Source: Hypanus sabinus (Eukaryota). Taken from it: a stretch of DNA of 64,000 bases. The position numbers and the translations under genes were made by a program. Location: assembly GCF_030144855.1 (NCBI RefSeq), contig NC_082722.1, forward strand, positions 20,150,001-20,214,000. Reading direction: 5' to 3'. This document shows positions 25,788 through 38,440 of this stretch, piece by piece. The first letter of the stretch is position 1; each line of letters opens with the position of its first letter. The notes below the pieces were generated by a model. The model was not told where the DNA came from and ran no database searches. It worked only from the letters and a program-made list of their open reading frames with translations.

Positions 25788-25832
25788 ATGAGCTTACTGT
25801 TGATGGTACTGTTTGTTCTAAGCTGGTGTCAG
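25788..25832 (+). CDS. Candidate leader exon (unassigned, possibly decayed)
   Basis: MSLLLMVLFVLSWCQ followed by donor CAG/GTAATT (phase 0). No partner exon found. Confidence 0.25.
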
Positions 25833-26419
25833 GTAATTTTGCACACCCATCTTCGTTAAGTTCACACCCTTTCAAATAGTCAATTTGCACGATGATAGTT
25901 TCTCTTGATATTTTCACGTTCTAGATGCATCTTTTCAGCAAACTCCTGTTCTTGAATTGTTTTTCCTGATTTGTTCTGAGGAACAACAATTTTGGTAGCC
26001 GCAATATTAAGCTAAAATTTCATAGCGGTGAGAAAAGTACTGAACAAAATTTGAATTAATATCTTACAAAGAATATTTAAAACTAGAGGTAGCTGTGCAA
26101 TAGTTATTAACACTGACAGGGTAGTCCACGTTAAGAACAAAAAAAACAGCATATTTACATACTGGTAAATCATCTGAAGTTTAATTTAAGGTCCATATTT
26201 TCCCTTGTATTACTTCTTACGAAGTGTGGATTACACAGAAATTCTCTTTTAACTGTTTTATATGTGCCTTCTCTCCCTCTATGTCGGATTGATTTATAAA
26301 TATTACCCAATTCATTGGCTTAAAATTTCTAACAGTCTATTTTCTCACTAAATATCTTTTGAACCACTATAAAGGCAGAAGAAGGATATACTGAGCAGGC
26401 AGCATCGTTTCACTTTGTT

Positions 26420-26720
26420 CTGTATTTAATTTATTTGCTGAAAGATTCAGCACAGAACTGAGCCTTCCTTTCCAATGAGCAGCCCAACTAGCAACCTACC
26501 TACTTAAATCCAGTCTAATCACACTAGAATTTACAATGACGCATTAACCTACTAACTGGTTGGTCTTCAGACTGTCGGAGGAAATCAGAGTACTGGAGGA
26601 AGCTGTCGCTATTCAATGGGAAAAATTACAAATTTCTTTAAAAAATGGCGCCAGATTCCAAATCTAAACTCTGGAACGCCCTGAAGTGTGACAATGTCAC
26701 ATTAACCGTTATGCTGCCGT
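26420..26720 (-). mobile_element. Decayed V-SINE-like element
   Basis: GTCTTCAGACTGTCGGAGGAAATCAGAGTACTGGAGGAA resembles the reverse complement of a vertebrate SINE core. Recognised from memory. Confidence 0.4.
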
Positions 26721-28129
26721 GGCATAATTACGAAAGCACAACAATTTGTCTGAAAATTTTCTTTCAGCTTTCATGTAAGTCACATGATCTATGACTTACA
26801 GCATGGTGCGTAGTACTCACCAGATGTTCACTCTGCTGGAGTTTCTGGAATTTCAAGAGGATATTTTACAGGGATTGAACATGAATTCCATGCTGTATAA
26901 GCCAATCTGCCTCTCAAATTAAACTAAAATGTGATTTATCTTTCGTCAAGCTGCATATGGTGTGCACCATACTGTAGATTTCAGCTCGAAAAATATTGTT
27001 AATTCTTCGCGACAATAGTCTTAAAATATTTCTTCACATTGATGATAATATCTTCCCAATTCTTTCTATTTGCTATCCAAGTATCGCCCCCTTCATTCAG
27101 TTACCATGATGCTTCTCTAAAATTTTAAATTACCAAATTAGCCCGTTGCATGCAAGTTCACTGCTGACACCTCATGAGGTCTGTATCAGTGTCGTGAAAG
27201 GAGTTCATCAGATCATAGGACCATAAGAGAATGGAGCTGAATTAGCCCATTTGACCCAGTGAGCCTGCTCTGCCATTTCATCAATGATCATCCAATTTTC
27301 CTCTGAATTCCAATCTCTTGCCATCTCCCCATATCCCTCCATGATCTGACCAGTGTACCCCTCATTCTTTTGAATTCTAGTTAATGTAGGTCCAGAGCCA
27401 TCACACGCTCTTCATATGAGGGACGCGGTTGTGGGGTGGGTGGAATGGCATGAGTGATCTCTATGAAACATGACAGATAATGAGAAGCCAAAGGAGAGAA
27501 GACTTGCAGAGGCGTTTGCTTTTTGTAGCAGACCCTAGGATCAAAGGTTACGGATGTAAACTGATGGGAAATTCCTTAGAATTAGCAAGAATTTCTTCCG
27601 GCAGAGGTTGCTGAAATTGTTGAATTCGCTGCCAGAGAAGGCTGCAGCAGGCAATTTATTGAACATATTTTATGGCAGAGATGAAATGTTGTTGTTTGGT
27701 ACGTCATTTAAAGGTTACTAGTAAAAGACGGGAGAATGGGACTGAAAAGTATGAACTTGGATTCAATGGCGGAGCAGAATGGATGAGCTAAATTTCCTCA
27801 TTCTACTCCTGTCCTCATAGTTTTATGGTCACTGAAGAAATCTTGAAGCATTGTGAAACTAAATAACAATTATGAAAAGCCTTTGAAGGGATTATAGTTA
27901 AGCGTAAAAAATTTGCTGGATCAATGATCAACGACCGGAGTTTTGGTTTCATTTGTAGACTTTTCAAAATGGAATCTGACCAAAAGGATACACTGTTTTT
28001 TTTTTTTTTGTCATCTGTATTCGAGCACCGCTGTCCCTAAAGGCATTTAAACTAACCAAACAAATTCATTTATAGCTTCAAACTGAATCAAATTGAGCTT
28101 GCTATTTATTTATTCATAATTTTTAAATA

Positions 28130-30780
28130 ACTCTGTTGCAGGAGGGATGATATTACCAACTAAATATTGCTGGATTTCGTTGCTTGAGGTGTGATAGAAT
28201 TGTAGGGGCAAGAGGGGGAGTTGTTGCATTGCTTGTCCGAGAAAATATTGCAACGTTTCTTTGGCAGGGTAGATTAGATGGCTCGTCTAGGGAGGCTATT
28301 AGGATCGAATTGAGGAATGGAAAAGGCGTAGTAACGCTTATAGGTGTGTATTATAGACCACATAATGGGGAGCGAGAACTGGATGAGCAAATTTTTAAGG
28401 GGATAGCAGATATTTGATGTAAGCTCAAAGTTGTCGTTGTGGGAGATTTTAATTTTCCAGTCATAGACTGAGAAGCCCATTCTGTAAAATGTCTGGATGG
28501 TTTGGAGTTTGTAAAATGTGTGCAGGATATTTTTTTGCAGCAATACATAGAGGTACCAACTAGAGAAGAGGCAGTGTTGGATCTCCTGTTAGGGAATGAG
28601 ATAGGTCAGTTGACCAAGGTATATGTTGCGGAGCGCGTCGGGTCCAATGATCACAATACCATTAGTTTAAATATACTTATGGAGAAGGATAGGACTAGGC
28701 CAAGGGTTGAGATTTTTGATTGGAGAAAGGCTAACTTTGAGGAGATGCGAAAGCATTGAGAAGAAGTGGACTGGGACAATTTGTTTTATGGAAGGATGTA
28801 ATAGAGACATGGTGGTAATATAAAGATTAAATTTGAGGGTACATATTATTTTTGTTCCTGTTAGGTTGAAAGGAAAGGTCAAAAGTTTGAGAGAGCCATG
28901 TTTTTCAAGGGACATTGGATATTTGGTTCAGAAAAAAAAATCTGCCATAAATGTAGGCAGCATGGAGTAAATGAGGTAATCGAGGAATATAAAAAATGTA
29001 AAAAGAATCTTAAGAAAGAAATTAGAAAATCTAAAAAAAAGGATTGATAGTTGTTTTGGCAAGTAAGGTGAAAATAAATCCAACGCGTTTCTACAATTAT
29101 ATTAATAGCAAAAGGATAGTGAGAGATAATATTATTCCCTTAGAGAATCAGAGTGGATAGTTATGTGAAGAGCTAAAAGAGGTGGGAGAGATATTGAACA
29201 TTCTCTTTGGTATTCACTACGGAGAAGAAGATTGAATTGCATAAGGTAAGGGAAATAAATAGGGTAGTTACGGAAACCATAATGATTAAAGAAGAGGAAG
29301 ATCTAGAACTATTAAAAAATATCAAAATGGACAAGTCTTCGGAACCTGACAGGATTTTCTTTGGACCTTGAGGGAAGTTAGTGTAGTCACAGCATGGGAT
29401 CTGAGAGAATTATTTCAAATGTCATTAGAAACGGGGATGGTGCCAAAGGATTACCGTATTGCTTATGTGGTTCCATTGCTTAAAAAGGGTTCTAAATTAA
29501 ACCCAGCAATTATCGCCCTTTAAGTGTGACGTTAGTGGTGGGTAAGTTAATGGTAAGTATTCTTAGAGATGGTATATATAATTATCTGGATATACACGGT
29601 CTGATTAGAAGCACTCAACATGGATTTGTGCGGGGAAGGTCATGTTTGAGGAATCTTATTGATTTTTTTTAAAGAGGTTACTAGGAATATTGACGAGGTA
29701 AAGCAGTGGATATTGTCTCTATGGACTTCAGTAAGGCTTTTGACAAGGTTCCACATGGAAGGTTAGATAGGAAGGTTCAATCGTTAGGTATTAATATTGA
29801 CGTACTGAAATGGATTCAACAGTGGCTGGATGGGAGATGCTGGAGAGTAGTGGTGGATAATTTTTGTCAGGTTGGAGGCTGGTGCCTAGTAGCGGGCCTC
29901 ATGGACCTGTACTGGGTCCAATGTTGTTTGTCATATACATTACGATCTGGATGATGGGGGGTGTTAAACTGGATTAGTACGTCTGCAGATGACACTGAGG
30001 TAGGTGGCGTTGTGGATAATGAAGTAGGTTTTCAAAGGAATCAGAGCGATTTAGGCCAGATAGAAGAGTGGGCTGAAAGATGGCAGATAGAATTTAATGC
30101 TGATAAGTGTGAGGTGTTACATTTTGGTTGGAATAATCAAAATAGGACGTACATGGTAAATGTTAGGTCCTTGAGGAATGCAGTAGAACAGAGTGATCTG
30201 GAATAATGGTGCATAGTTCCCTAAAGGTGGAATCTCATATGGATTGTGTGGTGAAGAAAGATTTTGGTATGCTAGCCTTTATAATTCAGAGCATTGAGTA
30301 TAGGAGTTAAAATTGTGCAAGGCATTGTTGAGGCCAAATTTGGAACATTGTGTACAGCGCTGGTCACTTAATTATAGGGAAAATGTCAACAAAATAGAGA
30401 GAGGACAGAGGAGATTTACTAGAATGTTACCTGGGTTTCAGCAGCAAAGTTACAGAGAAAGGTTGAACAAATTAGGTCTTTATTCTTTGGAGCAAAGAAG
30501 GTTGAGTTCAGAGTTAAAGGGCAATGGTTTAGGGGTAATACGAGGGGGGGAACCTATTTACACAGAGAGTGGTATCTGTGTGCAATGAGCTTCCAGTAGA
30601 AGTGGTAGAGGTAGATTCGATTTTGTCATTTAAACAAAAAATTGGATAGGTATACGGACAGGAAAGGAATGGAGGGTTATGGGCTGAGTGCAAGTAACTG
30701 GCACTAGGTGAGGGCAAGCTTCGGCACGGACTAGAAGGGTCTAGATAGCCTGCTTCCATGCTGGAATTGTTCTATGTGGT
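28130..30780 (+). mobile_element. CR1 LINE ORF2 (endonuclease and RT), decayed
   Basis: RGGVVALL..E, GVYYRP, LDLLLGN, DFSKAFDKVPH, ADDT..GG, WQIEFNADKCEVLHFG and RPNLEHCVQ motifs, with many stops and frameshifts. Confidence 0.95.
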
Positions 30781-31147
30781 TATATATGTTCCACATTGGT
30801 TATTAGTCAATACTTGTCTGTAGTTTATAATTGACTCTATTGTATTTCTCTAGTCTACTGTGAATGCCTACAAGGAAATGAATGTCAAGGTTGTATAAGG
30901 TGATATACACATTCTTGCAAAATAATCTTAATTTTAATTTCGCACTTCTGAGCTTTAATCTTTTCGACCATTCATATAGGGATATTATGGGGTGATTGAT
31001 AATTTCGTGGTCAAAGGTATAAGGAGATGAGTTGTACAGCTCTCGTTACATGCATGTGCAGTTCAATACATTGAGTGAAAATACAAAAAGGTTGAAGCTA
31101 ATAACTCACCTCCTTCTACCTTCTACCTTAGGGCAGGAACTTACTGT

Positions 31148-31150
<3 letters not shown>

Positions 31151-31216
<66 letters not shown>
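31151..31216. repeat. (TG)n microsatellite
   Basis: Directly visible. Confidence 0.98.
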
Positions 31217-31217
<1 letters not shown>

Positions 31218-31399
31218 CTGTGTGCGGAGCCAGACAGCACTGGGCTACGAGGTTTTTCGAACACCTACGTAGTTAATAATTTTAATGAGATTTGTTAATT
31301 ACACATATTTCCTGGTTACTTTTATTTTGAAATAGCAAGGGAATTTCGTGGACTTGTATTATGTAAGAGTATCGATTACTCTCACTATCGCTGATTTGG

Positions 31400-32340
31400 A
31401 GAAAGTTGCAGCCGTGGCGTTGCCCGGCTGAATCAATGATAATATGTTGTTATCCCTATGTGTAAATTCTGATCACCATATCTACAAGTGTGTCCACGTG
31501 GCAGATTACCCCTTCGAGACACTCCATAATTCCCTTCATCCACATCTGAAAATACTCGGAGTTTGCTGAGATGCCAAAAGGGAGTATCTTCATGGCATAG
31601 CGTCCAGACGATGTGATAAATGTTGTGAGCTCTTGTGACTGAGCAACTAATCGGATCTGCCAGAACCCTCAGTTTACATATATTTTCTTGAAGAATTTTG
31701 CTCCACCCAGCATCCTCAATGTTTGCTCAACAGGGGGAAGAACAAACTTCTACCACTTCACTGCAATATTTAATTTAGCTGGATCAACGCAGACCCTCAC
31801 TCTGCCATCTTGTTTGGAACAGGAATAGTGCCCGCTAACCAGCCCGTAAATCCATTCACTCTCATTATGATGTCAAGCGCCTCCATTCACACAAATTCAT
31901 ATACATGTATACCAATGGAGGGTTTACTCCTTGCGGTGGTCAGAGAGTAGCGTATCTCTCCTGGCCTAAATTTCATAAGGTGATCTTCTATAAGTACCAC
32001 CAGAGCAGAGAACAACGTCCTGTATATTTCCTGCCACCGCGTATTGTTAGCCAATCCAACCTTGCAATGCGGTTCATCATCAAGATGACATGTTGTTCCA
32101 ATAGTTTTGACAAGGGATTCTGAACAATATAGACATCTTCTTTTAACGATTCCTCATTTTTTTTTATGGATGGAAGCAGTAAACACCTATTTCATCTACA
32201 GGAACGGGGTTATATACCGCAAATATGATCGCCTGCAAGCTGAATATTTTTATATGCGATTTGGAAACTGATTGCTTTTCAGGTAATCATACATTTCTCA
32301 ATTCATCCCTCTTCCCTCAACTCCGCCGTTTATAAGAAAA
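31400..32340 (-). mobile_element. Ty3/Gypsy LTR retrotransposon pol remnant (RT)
   Basis: Minus-strand frames give GRVRVCVD..KLN, LPPVEQTL..LGGAKFF, GFWQI and TTFIT.SGRY..K.LPFGIS. Confidence 0.75.
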
Positions 32341-34009
32341 CCAAGGGCGTTCATGAGGGGTACAGAAAAGGGAATTAAATGCCCTGGAGTCCCTCTCCAA
32401 GAGTCATCCTCCAGCATTCCACTGGACGTCAGGTAGCCCGTGGAATTGACGCACCTGAGAGTTCTCTCAGGGTGATTATTTGCTCTTGCACACTTTCAGG
32501 TGCAGAGTTTCAACCATGGCTTGCAATCAGAAGCTGTAATCTCTGACCCAACCCTACTTCATTTGCAAAAAGAAAACCCTAATAAAAAATCACGTCATTA
32601 TTCGAACCCCCGTTTAACTCTAGCTCTCAAATAAAGGCAGAATGTAATGCACTGGATGAACTTGAAATGATGATTTACGAAGGCCAGTATGTGACTGGCC
32701 AGGCTTACGTATGCGTAGTCATTCCTTTATAGTACATAGAATCAATTAAATATTTAACTTTGTGCGAGTTATCGAATTTGATACAGAGAAATGATTTCTT
32801 TTGGTAGCTATAGAGCATGTCAATGATGTACCTTTAATAAAATAGCACGAAGGACCAGACGATAGCTAAAGACATATTAAACTGTCCTGTAAAATTTGTA
32901 TTTGGGATGGTATATTATCATCCTGATTCGAAAAAATTCGAGACGTCTGTGCGAGATTTGTTCAAACATCACAAAAAAAAACATGATCTGGCTGTTGTTC
33001 ACCAGTCACCAAACAACCCTAACAGTGTGTTATCTTGGTTTAATGTCAATCATATCCGATACAGTAGGAAAATAGGTTCTGCTACGTACTTTCTCTTCGT
33101 ACGAGGGTAACACTGCACAAAGTTTAGAAATTAATATATTCAGCAGAGCCCTAAGTTACCTCGCTTGGTACTGTTCTAGCATTTCCACTTTGAGATTGAA
33201 TCCAAATTAGGATAATCTGATTACTTTTTCATTCCTCACTGCGAGCACTCAATGCCCAAACAGTTATTCCTGCCTCACTAGATCGTTCTTTATTTTTTAT
33301 AATAGAATGAAAAATCCTGGATGGCTCAACAGGATCGTCCATCTGCCACCCTCTAACACCTTCCCTTAACTGTTATGACATGGAATTCATTTTTGAATAT
33401 ATTCTGTAATAATATTTTAAAGAATTTTGTATCTTAATTTGTAGTGCATATTTAAACAGATTCGTTCCATATAGCACCTTAATATTCTGTGAAAATCAAA
33501 CACGAGGAAATCTGCAGATGCTGAAACCTCAAGCAACACACAAAAATGCTGGTGGATCACAGCAGTCCAGGTAGCATCTATAAGGAGAAGCACTGTCCAC
33601 ATTTCGGGCCGAGAACCTTCGTAAGGACTGAATGAAATGAAACAACTATAAGAGAGTTGAAAGTAGGAGGGGGAGGGAAAAATGCGAAATTATAGGAGAA
33701 GACCGGAGGGGGTGTTGTGAAACTGAGAGCCGGAAAGGTGTTTGGCAAAAGGGTTACAGGGCCGGAGAAGGGAATGAAAATTCTTTAAATATCAGTTTTT
33801 TTATTAGCAAAGTGAAATGGACCTGCTGTGCATCTACCACACTCTGAATGTAAATGAATCTTCCTCCCTATACATTTTCCTTTTTACATGTTTTCGCAGT
33901 ATTTCCATTGATGCCTTCAGAACAATAAAACAATTCTAAAACAATAGGCATAAGAAATGATTATCTATCTCTCAAATAAAGTCAGAATGTGATCCTTACC
34001 CAGTGCAGT

Positions 34010-36705
34010 AAGGCCGAGTAAGTTCCTTTAATTAGTTTAATTAAGTTAGGAGTAGGTAATGGAGATAGCAGTTAGGGCAGTCGAGTGCTCGGTAAGCCGT
34101 ATGTGGGAAATCAGAGATAGCACAAATGTCCTGATGACTACTCCTGTACAAGGTGCATCCTGCTGCAGCTCCTGACAAACCGAGTTAGGGAACTGGAGCT
34201 GGAGCTGGATGAACTTCGGATCATTCGTGAGGCAGAGGCAGAAATAGACAGGAGGTTCAGGGAGACAGTCACCCCTTAAATTCAGGAGGCAGGTAGTTCG
34301 TGACTGTCAGGAGAGGGAAGGGGAATAGAGAGAAAGAGCTGAGCACTCCTGTGGCGGTTCCGATCAACAAAAAATATACCGTTTTGGATACTGTTGGTGG
34401 GGACTACCTACCAGGGACAAGTTGTAGTAGTCGGGTCTCAGCCAAGGAGACTGGACCCTTAGCTCAGAAAAGGAGTGAGAAGTTTAGAGCAGTAGTGATA
34501 GGGGATTCGATAGTTAGAGAGACAGATAAGAATTTCTGTGGGAGAGATCGAGAATACCGAATGGTCTGTTGCCTCCCTGGTGACAGGTTCCGCGATATCT
34601 CAATCGAGTTCTCAGTATTCTCAGGAGGAAGGCTGAGCAGGCCGATGTCGTAGTCCATGTAGAGACCAATAATATGGATAGGAAGGGGGAGGAGGTCCTG
34701 TAAAGAGAGCTTATGGTGCTAGGTGAATAGGTGAAGGACAGGACAACCAGGCGTCCCACGTGCTCGTGAGGCTATAATTAGGAAAATAATGCAGCTAAGT
34801 ACGTGGCTAAGGAGATGCTGCAGGAGGAAAGGGTTTATGTTTCTGGATAATTGGGCTTTGTTCCAGGGAATGTAGGAACTAAGCCGACCGGACGATTTGC
34901 ACCTGAACTGGAGGGCAACTAACATTGTTGCGGGGAGATTTGCTACTGCTGCTGCAAGGAGTTTAAGCTAGATTTGCAGGGGGACGGGAACCAGAGTATT
35001 AGAGTAGATAGTGAGGCATAGGAGGATAAAGGTCTTGCGAGTACTGCATGTATAGACAGAAATCACAGGTTTGTACGTGTTAGAAATGTTCTCAGGTGCA
35101 TCTATTTCAATGCAAGGAGTATTGCAGGTAAGGAAGAGTTTAGGGCGTGGATTGGCACTTGGGATTACGACAATATTCCTATTAGGGAGACGGTTGCAGG
35201 AGGGGCAGTAGTGGCAGCTTAATGTTCCGGGATTCCATTGTTCAGACATGATGGGGGTGGATGTAGGCGAGAGGAGTGGCATTACTAGTCAAGGAAAATA
35301 TCACATCTGTGCGTAGACAGGACAGCCCGGAAGGCTTGTCTGCAGATGCCATAGGGGTGGAGCTGAGGAACGTGAAAGGTATGACCTCACTAACAGGGCA
35401 GTAATATAGACCGCCCAATAACCAGAGAGAATTGGTGGAGCAAATCTGCGAGAGATAGCAGACCGATGTAAGAAACTGAAATTTATAATAGGAGGGCATT
35501 TTATCTTTCCACATCTTGTCTGGGACTCCCACACTGTGAAACGGCTAGATGGTTTAGAGTTTGTCAAATCTGTTCAGTAAAGTTTTCTAAATCAATGTAT
35601 AGAGGCACCTATGAGACAGGATAAAATACTTGATCTCCTATTAGGGAACCAGACAGGACAGCTGACAGAAGTATGTGTAAGCGAACATTTTGGGTCGAGT
35701 GAAGATAATGTCATTACTTTCACTTTAATTGTGGTAGGACAGGTATGGTCCTCCAGTAGAGGTTCTAAATTGGAGAAGGGCCAATTTTGTCGAATTGACA
35801 AAGGATCTAGGAAGAGTGGATTGCAATAAGTTATTTTCTGGCAAGAATGTGTGCACTACGTGAAAGGCCTTCAAAGGTGAATTTTTGAGAGTGCGGAGTT
35901 TACATGCTCCTGCCAGGATTAAAGGCAAAGTTAACAGGCATAGAAAATCTTGGTTTTCAAAGGATTTTGGCGATCTGGTTAAGAAAAAGAGAGAGGTATA
36001 TAGCAGATATAGGCAACAAGGAACAAATGAGGTACTTGATGAGTATAGAAAAAGTAAGAAAATACTGAAGAAGGAAATCAGGAGGGCAAAAAGAAGACAG
36101 GAGGTTGCATTGACAGATATGAGAAGATAATCCCGAAGGGTTTTTACAAGTATATTAAGAGTAGAAGGATTGCAAGGGACAAAAGTTGTCCTCAAGAAGA
36201 TTAGAGTGGCCGTCTATGTGTGGAGCCTCACGTGATTGGGGAAATCTTAAACAATAATTTTGCATTAGTATTTACTCAGGAGCCTGGCATGGCGTATGTG
36301 GAAGGAAGGGAAACAAGGAGTAGTGTCATGGAGCATAAATAGATTAAAGAGGAGGAGGCGCTTGCTGCCTTACAGCGAATAAAAGTAGATATATCCCCTG
36401 TGCCTGACATAATATTTCAGCGGAACTTGAGAGGGCTGGTGTAGAAATTGCAGGGGCCCTGGCAGAAATACTTATAATGTCCTTAGCCACGGTTGCGGTG
36501 CCAGAGGGTTTGATGGTAGCTCTTATTGTCTCATTGTTTAAAAAAGGATCCAAAGGTTAATTAATTGCAGGCCGGTGAATCTGATATCTGTGGTAAGGAA
36601 AATATTGGAAGGTGTTCTGAGAGATCAGATATACAAGTATGTGGACAGCAAAGGGCGTGGTAGATCGTATTTAACGAATCTTGGAGAGGATTTCGAAGAG
36701 GGTAC
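34010..36705 (+). mobile_element. CR1 LINE 5' portion with ORF1 (zinc finger/leucine zipper and SGNH esterase) and endonuclease
   Basis: LQLLTNRVRELELELDEL, VVIGDSIVR (ORF 34300-34653) and ILDLLLGN motifs. Ends abruptly in the RT region. Confidence 0.9.
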
Positions 36706-38440
36706 ATAGAAACATAGAAATTAGGTGCAGGTGTAGGCCATTCAGTATGTTCATGGCTGATCACCCAACTCAGAATCCTGTACCTGCTTTCTCTCCACAC
36801 GCCCTGATCCCTTTAAATAGGGGCCATATCTAATTCCCTCTTAAATATAGGCGATGAACTGGCCTCAACTATTTCCTGTGGCAGAGAATTCCACAGATTC
36901 ACCACTCTGTGTGAAGAAGTTTTTCCTCATCTCGATTCTAAAAGGCTTCCCCTTTATCCTTAAACTGTGACCCCTCGTTCTGGACTTCCTCAACATCGGG
37001 AACAATCTTCCTGCATCTAGCCTGTCTAATCCCTTTAGGATTTTATACGTTTCAATAAGATCCCCCCTCAATGTTCTAAATTCCATCGAGTATAAGCCTT
37101 GTCTACTCAGTTTTTCTTCATATGATAGTCCTGCCATCCCTGGAATCAATCTGATGAGCCTTCTTTGTACTCCCTCTATGGCAAGAACGTTTTTCCTCAG
37201 ATTAGTGGACCAAAACGGCACACAATACTCCAGGAATGGTCTGACCAAGGCCTTGTACAACTGCAGTAGAACCTCCCTTCTCCTGTACTCGAATCCTCTT
37301 GTTATGAATGCCAACATACCATTCTCCTTTTTCACCGCCTGCTCTGCCTGCATGCCTACTTTCAATGACTGGTGTACAATGATACGCAGGTCTCATTGCA
37401 CATCCCCTTTTCCTAATCTGCCACCCTTCAGATAATAATCTGTTTTCCTGTTCTTGCAACCAAAGTGGATAACCTCACATTTATCCACATTAAATTGCAT
37501 CTGCCATGAATTTGCCCACTCACCTAACCTATCCAAGTCACCCTGCATCCTCATCGCATCCTCTTCACAGCTAACACTGCCACCCAGCTACGTGTCATCC
37601 GCAAACTTGGAGATTCTGCATTTAATTCCCTTGTCTAAATCATTAATATATATTGTAAACAACTGGGGTCCCATCACTGAGCCTCGCGGTATCCCACTAG
37701 TCACTGCCTGCCATTCTGAAAAGCTCCCGTTTAGTCCCACTCTTTGCTTCCAGTCTGCCAACTAGTTCTCTATCCACATCAATACCATTCCCCCAATACT
37801 GTGTGTGGTTTAAGTTTGCACACTGATATCCTGTGTGGGACCTTGTCAAAAGCCTTTTGAAAATCCAAATATACCACAGTCACTGATTCTCCCCTATCCA
37901 CTCTACTAGTTACATCCTCAAAAAATACTCTCAGTTTCATCATACATGATTTTCCTTTCACAAATCCATGCTGACTTTGTCCGATGATTTGACTGCTTCC
38001 AAATGTGCTGTTATCACATCTTTGATAACTGACTCTCGCATTTTCCGCACCACCGATGACAGACTAATCGGTCTATAGTTCCCCGGTTTCTCTCTCCCTC
38101 CGTTTTTTTTTAAAAGTGGGGTTCCTTTTGCCACACTCTAATCCTCAGGAACTAATCTAGAATCTAAAGAGTTTTGAAAAATTATCACTAATGCATCCAC
38201 TATTTCGTGGGCTACTTCTTTGAGCACTCTGGGATGCAGACCATCTGGCCCTGGGGATTTATCTGCCTTTAAGCCCTTCAATTTACCTAAAACCACTTCC
38301 CTACTGATATGTATTTCCCTCAGTTCCTACCTCACACTAGACCATCGGTCCCCTACTATATCCGGAGGATTATTTATGTACTCCTTAGTGAAGACAGAAA
38401 CAAAGTAGTTATTCAATTGGTCTGCCATGTCCTTGTTCCC
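36705..38440 (-). mobile_element. CR1 LINE, 5'-truncated, RT and 3' end
   Basis: ORF 36865-37365 (LYKALVRPFLEYCVPFW...LRGDLIETYKI), YLDFQKAFDKVPH, and a (GAAACATA)-type tail. Confidence 0.95.

Noticed and set aside
26821-27120. Possible decayed Ig C2/I-set exon ending at donor GTGAGT (GLY/AWNS remnants)
   Set aside because: Stops in all frames and too few anchoring motifs.
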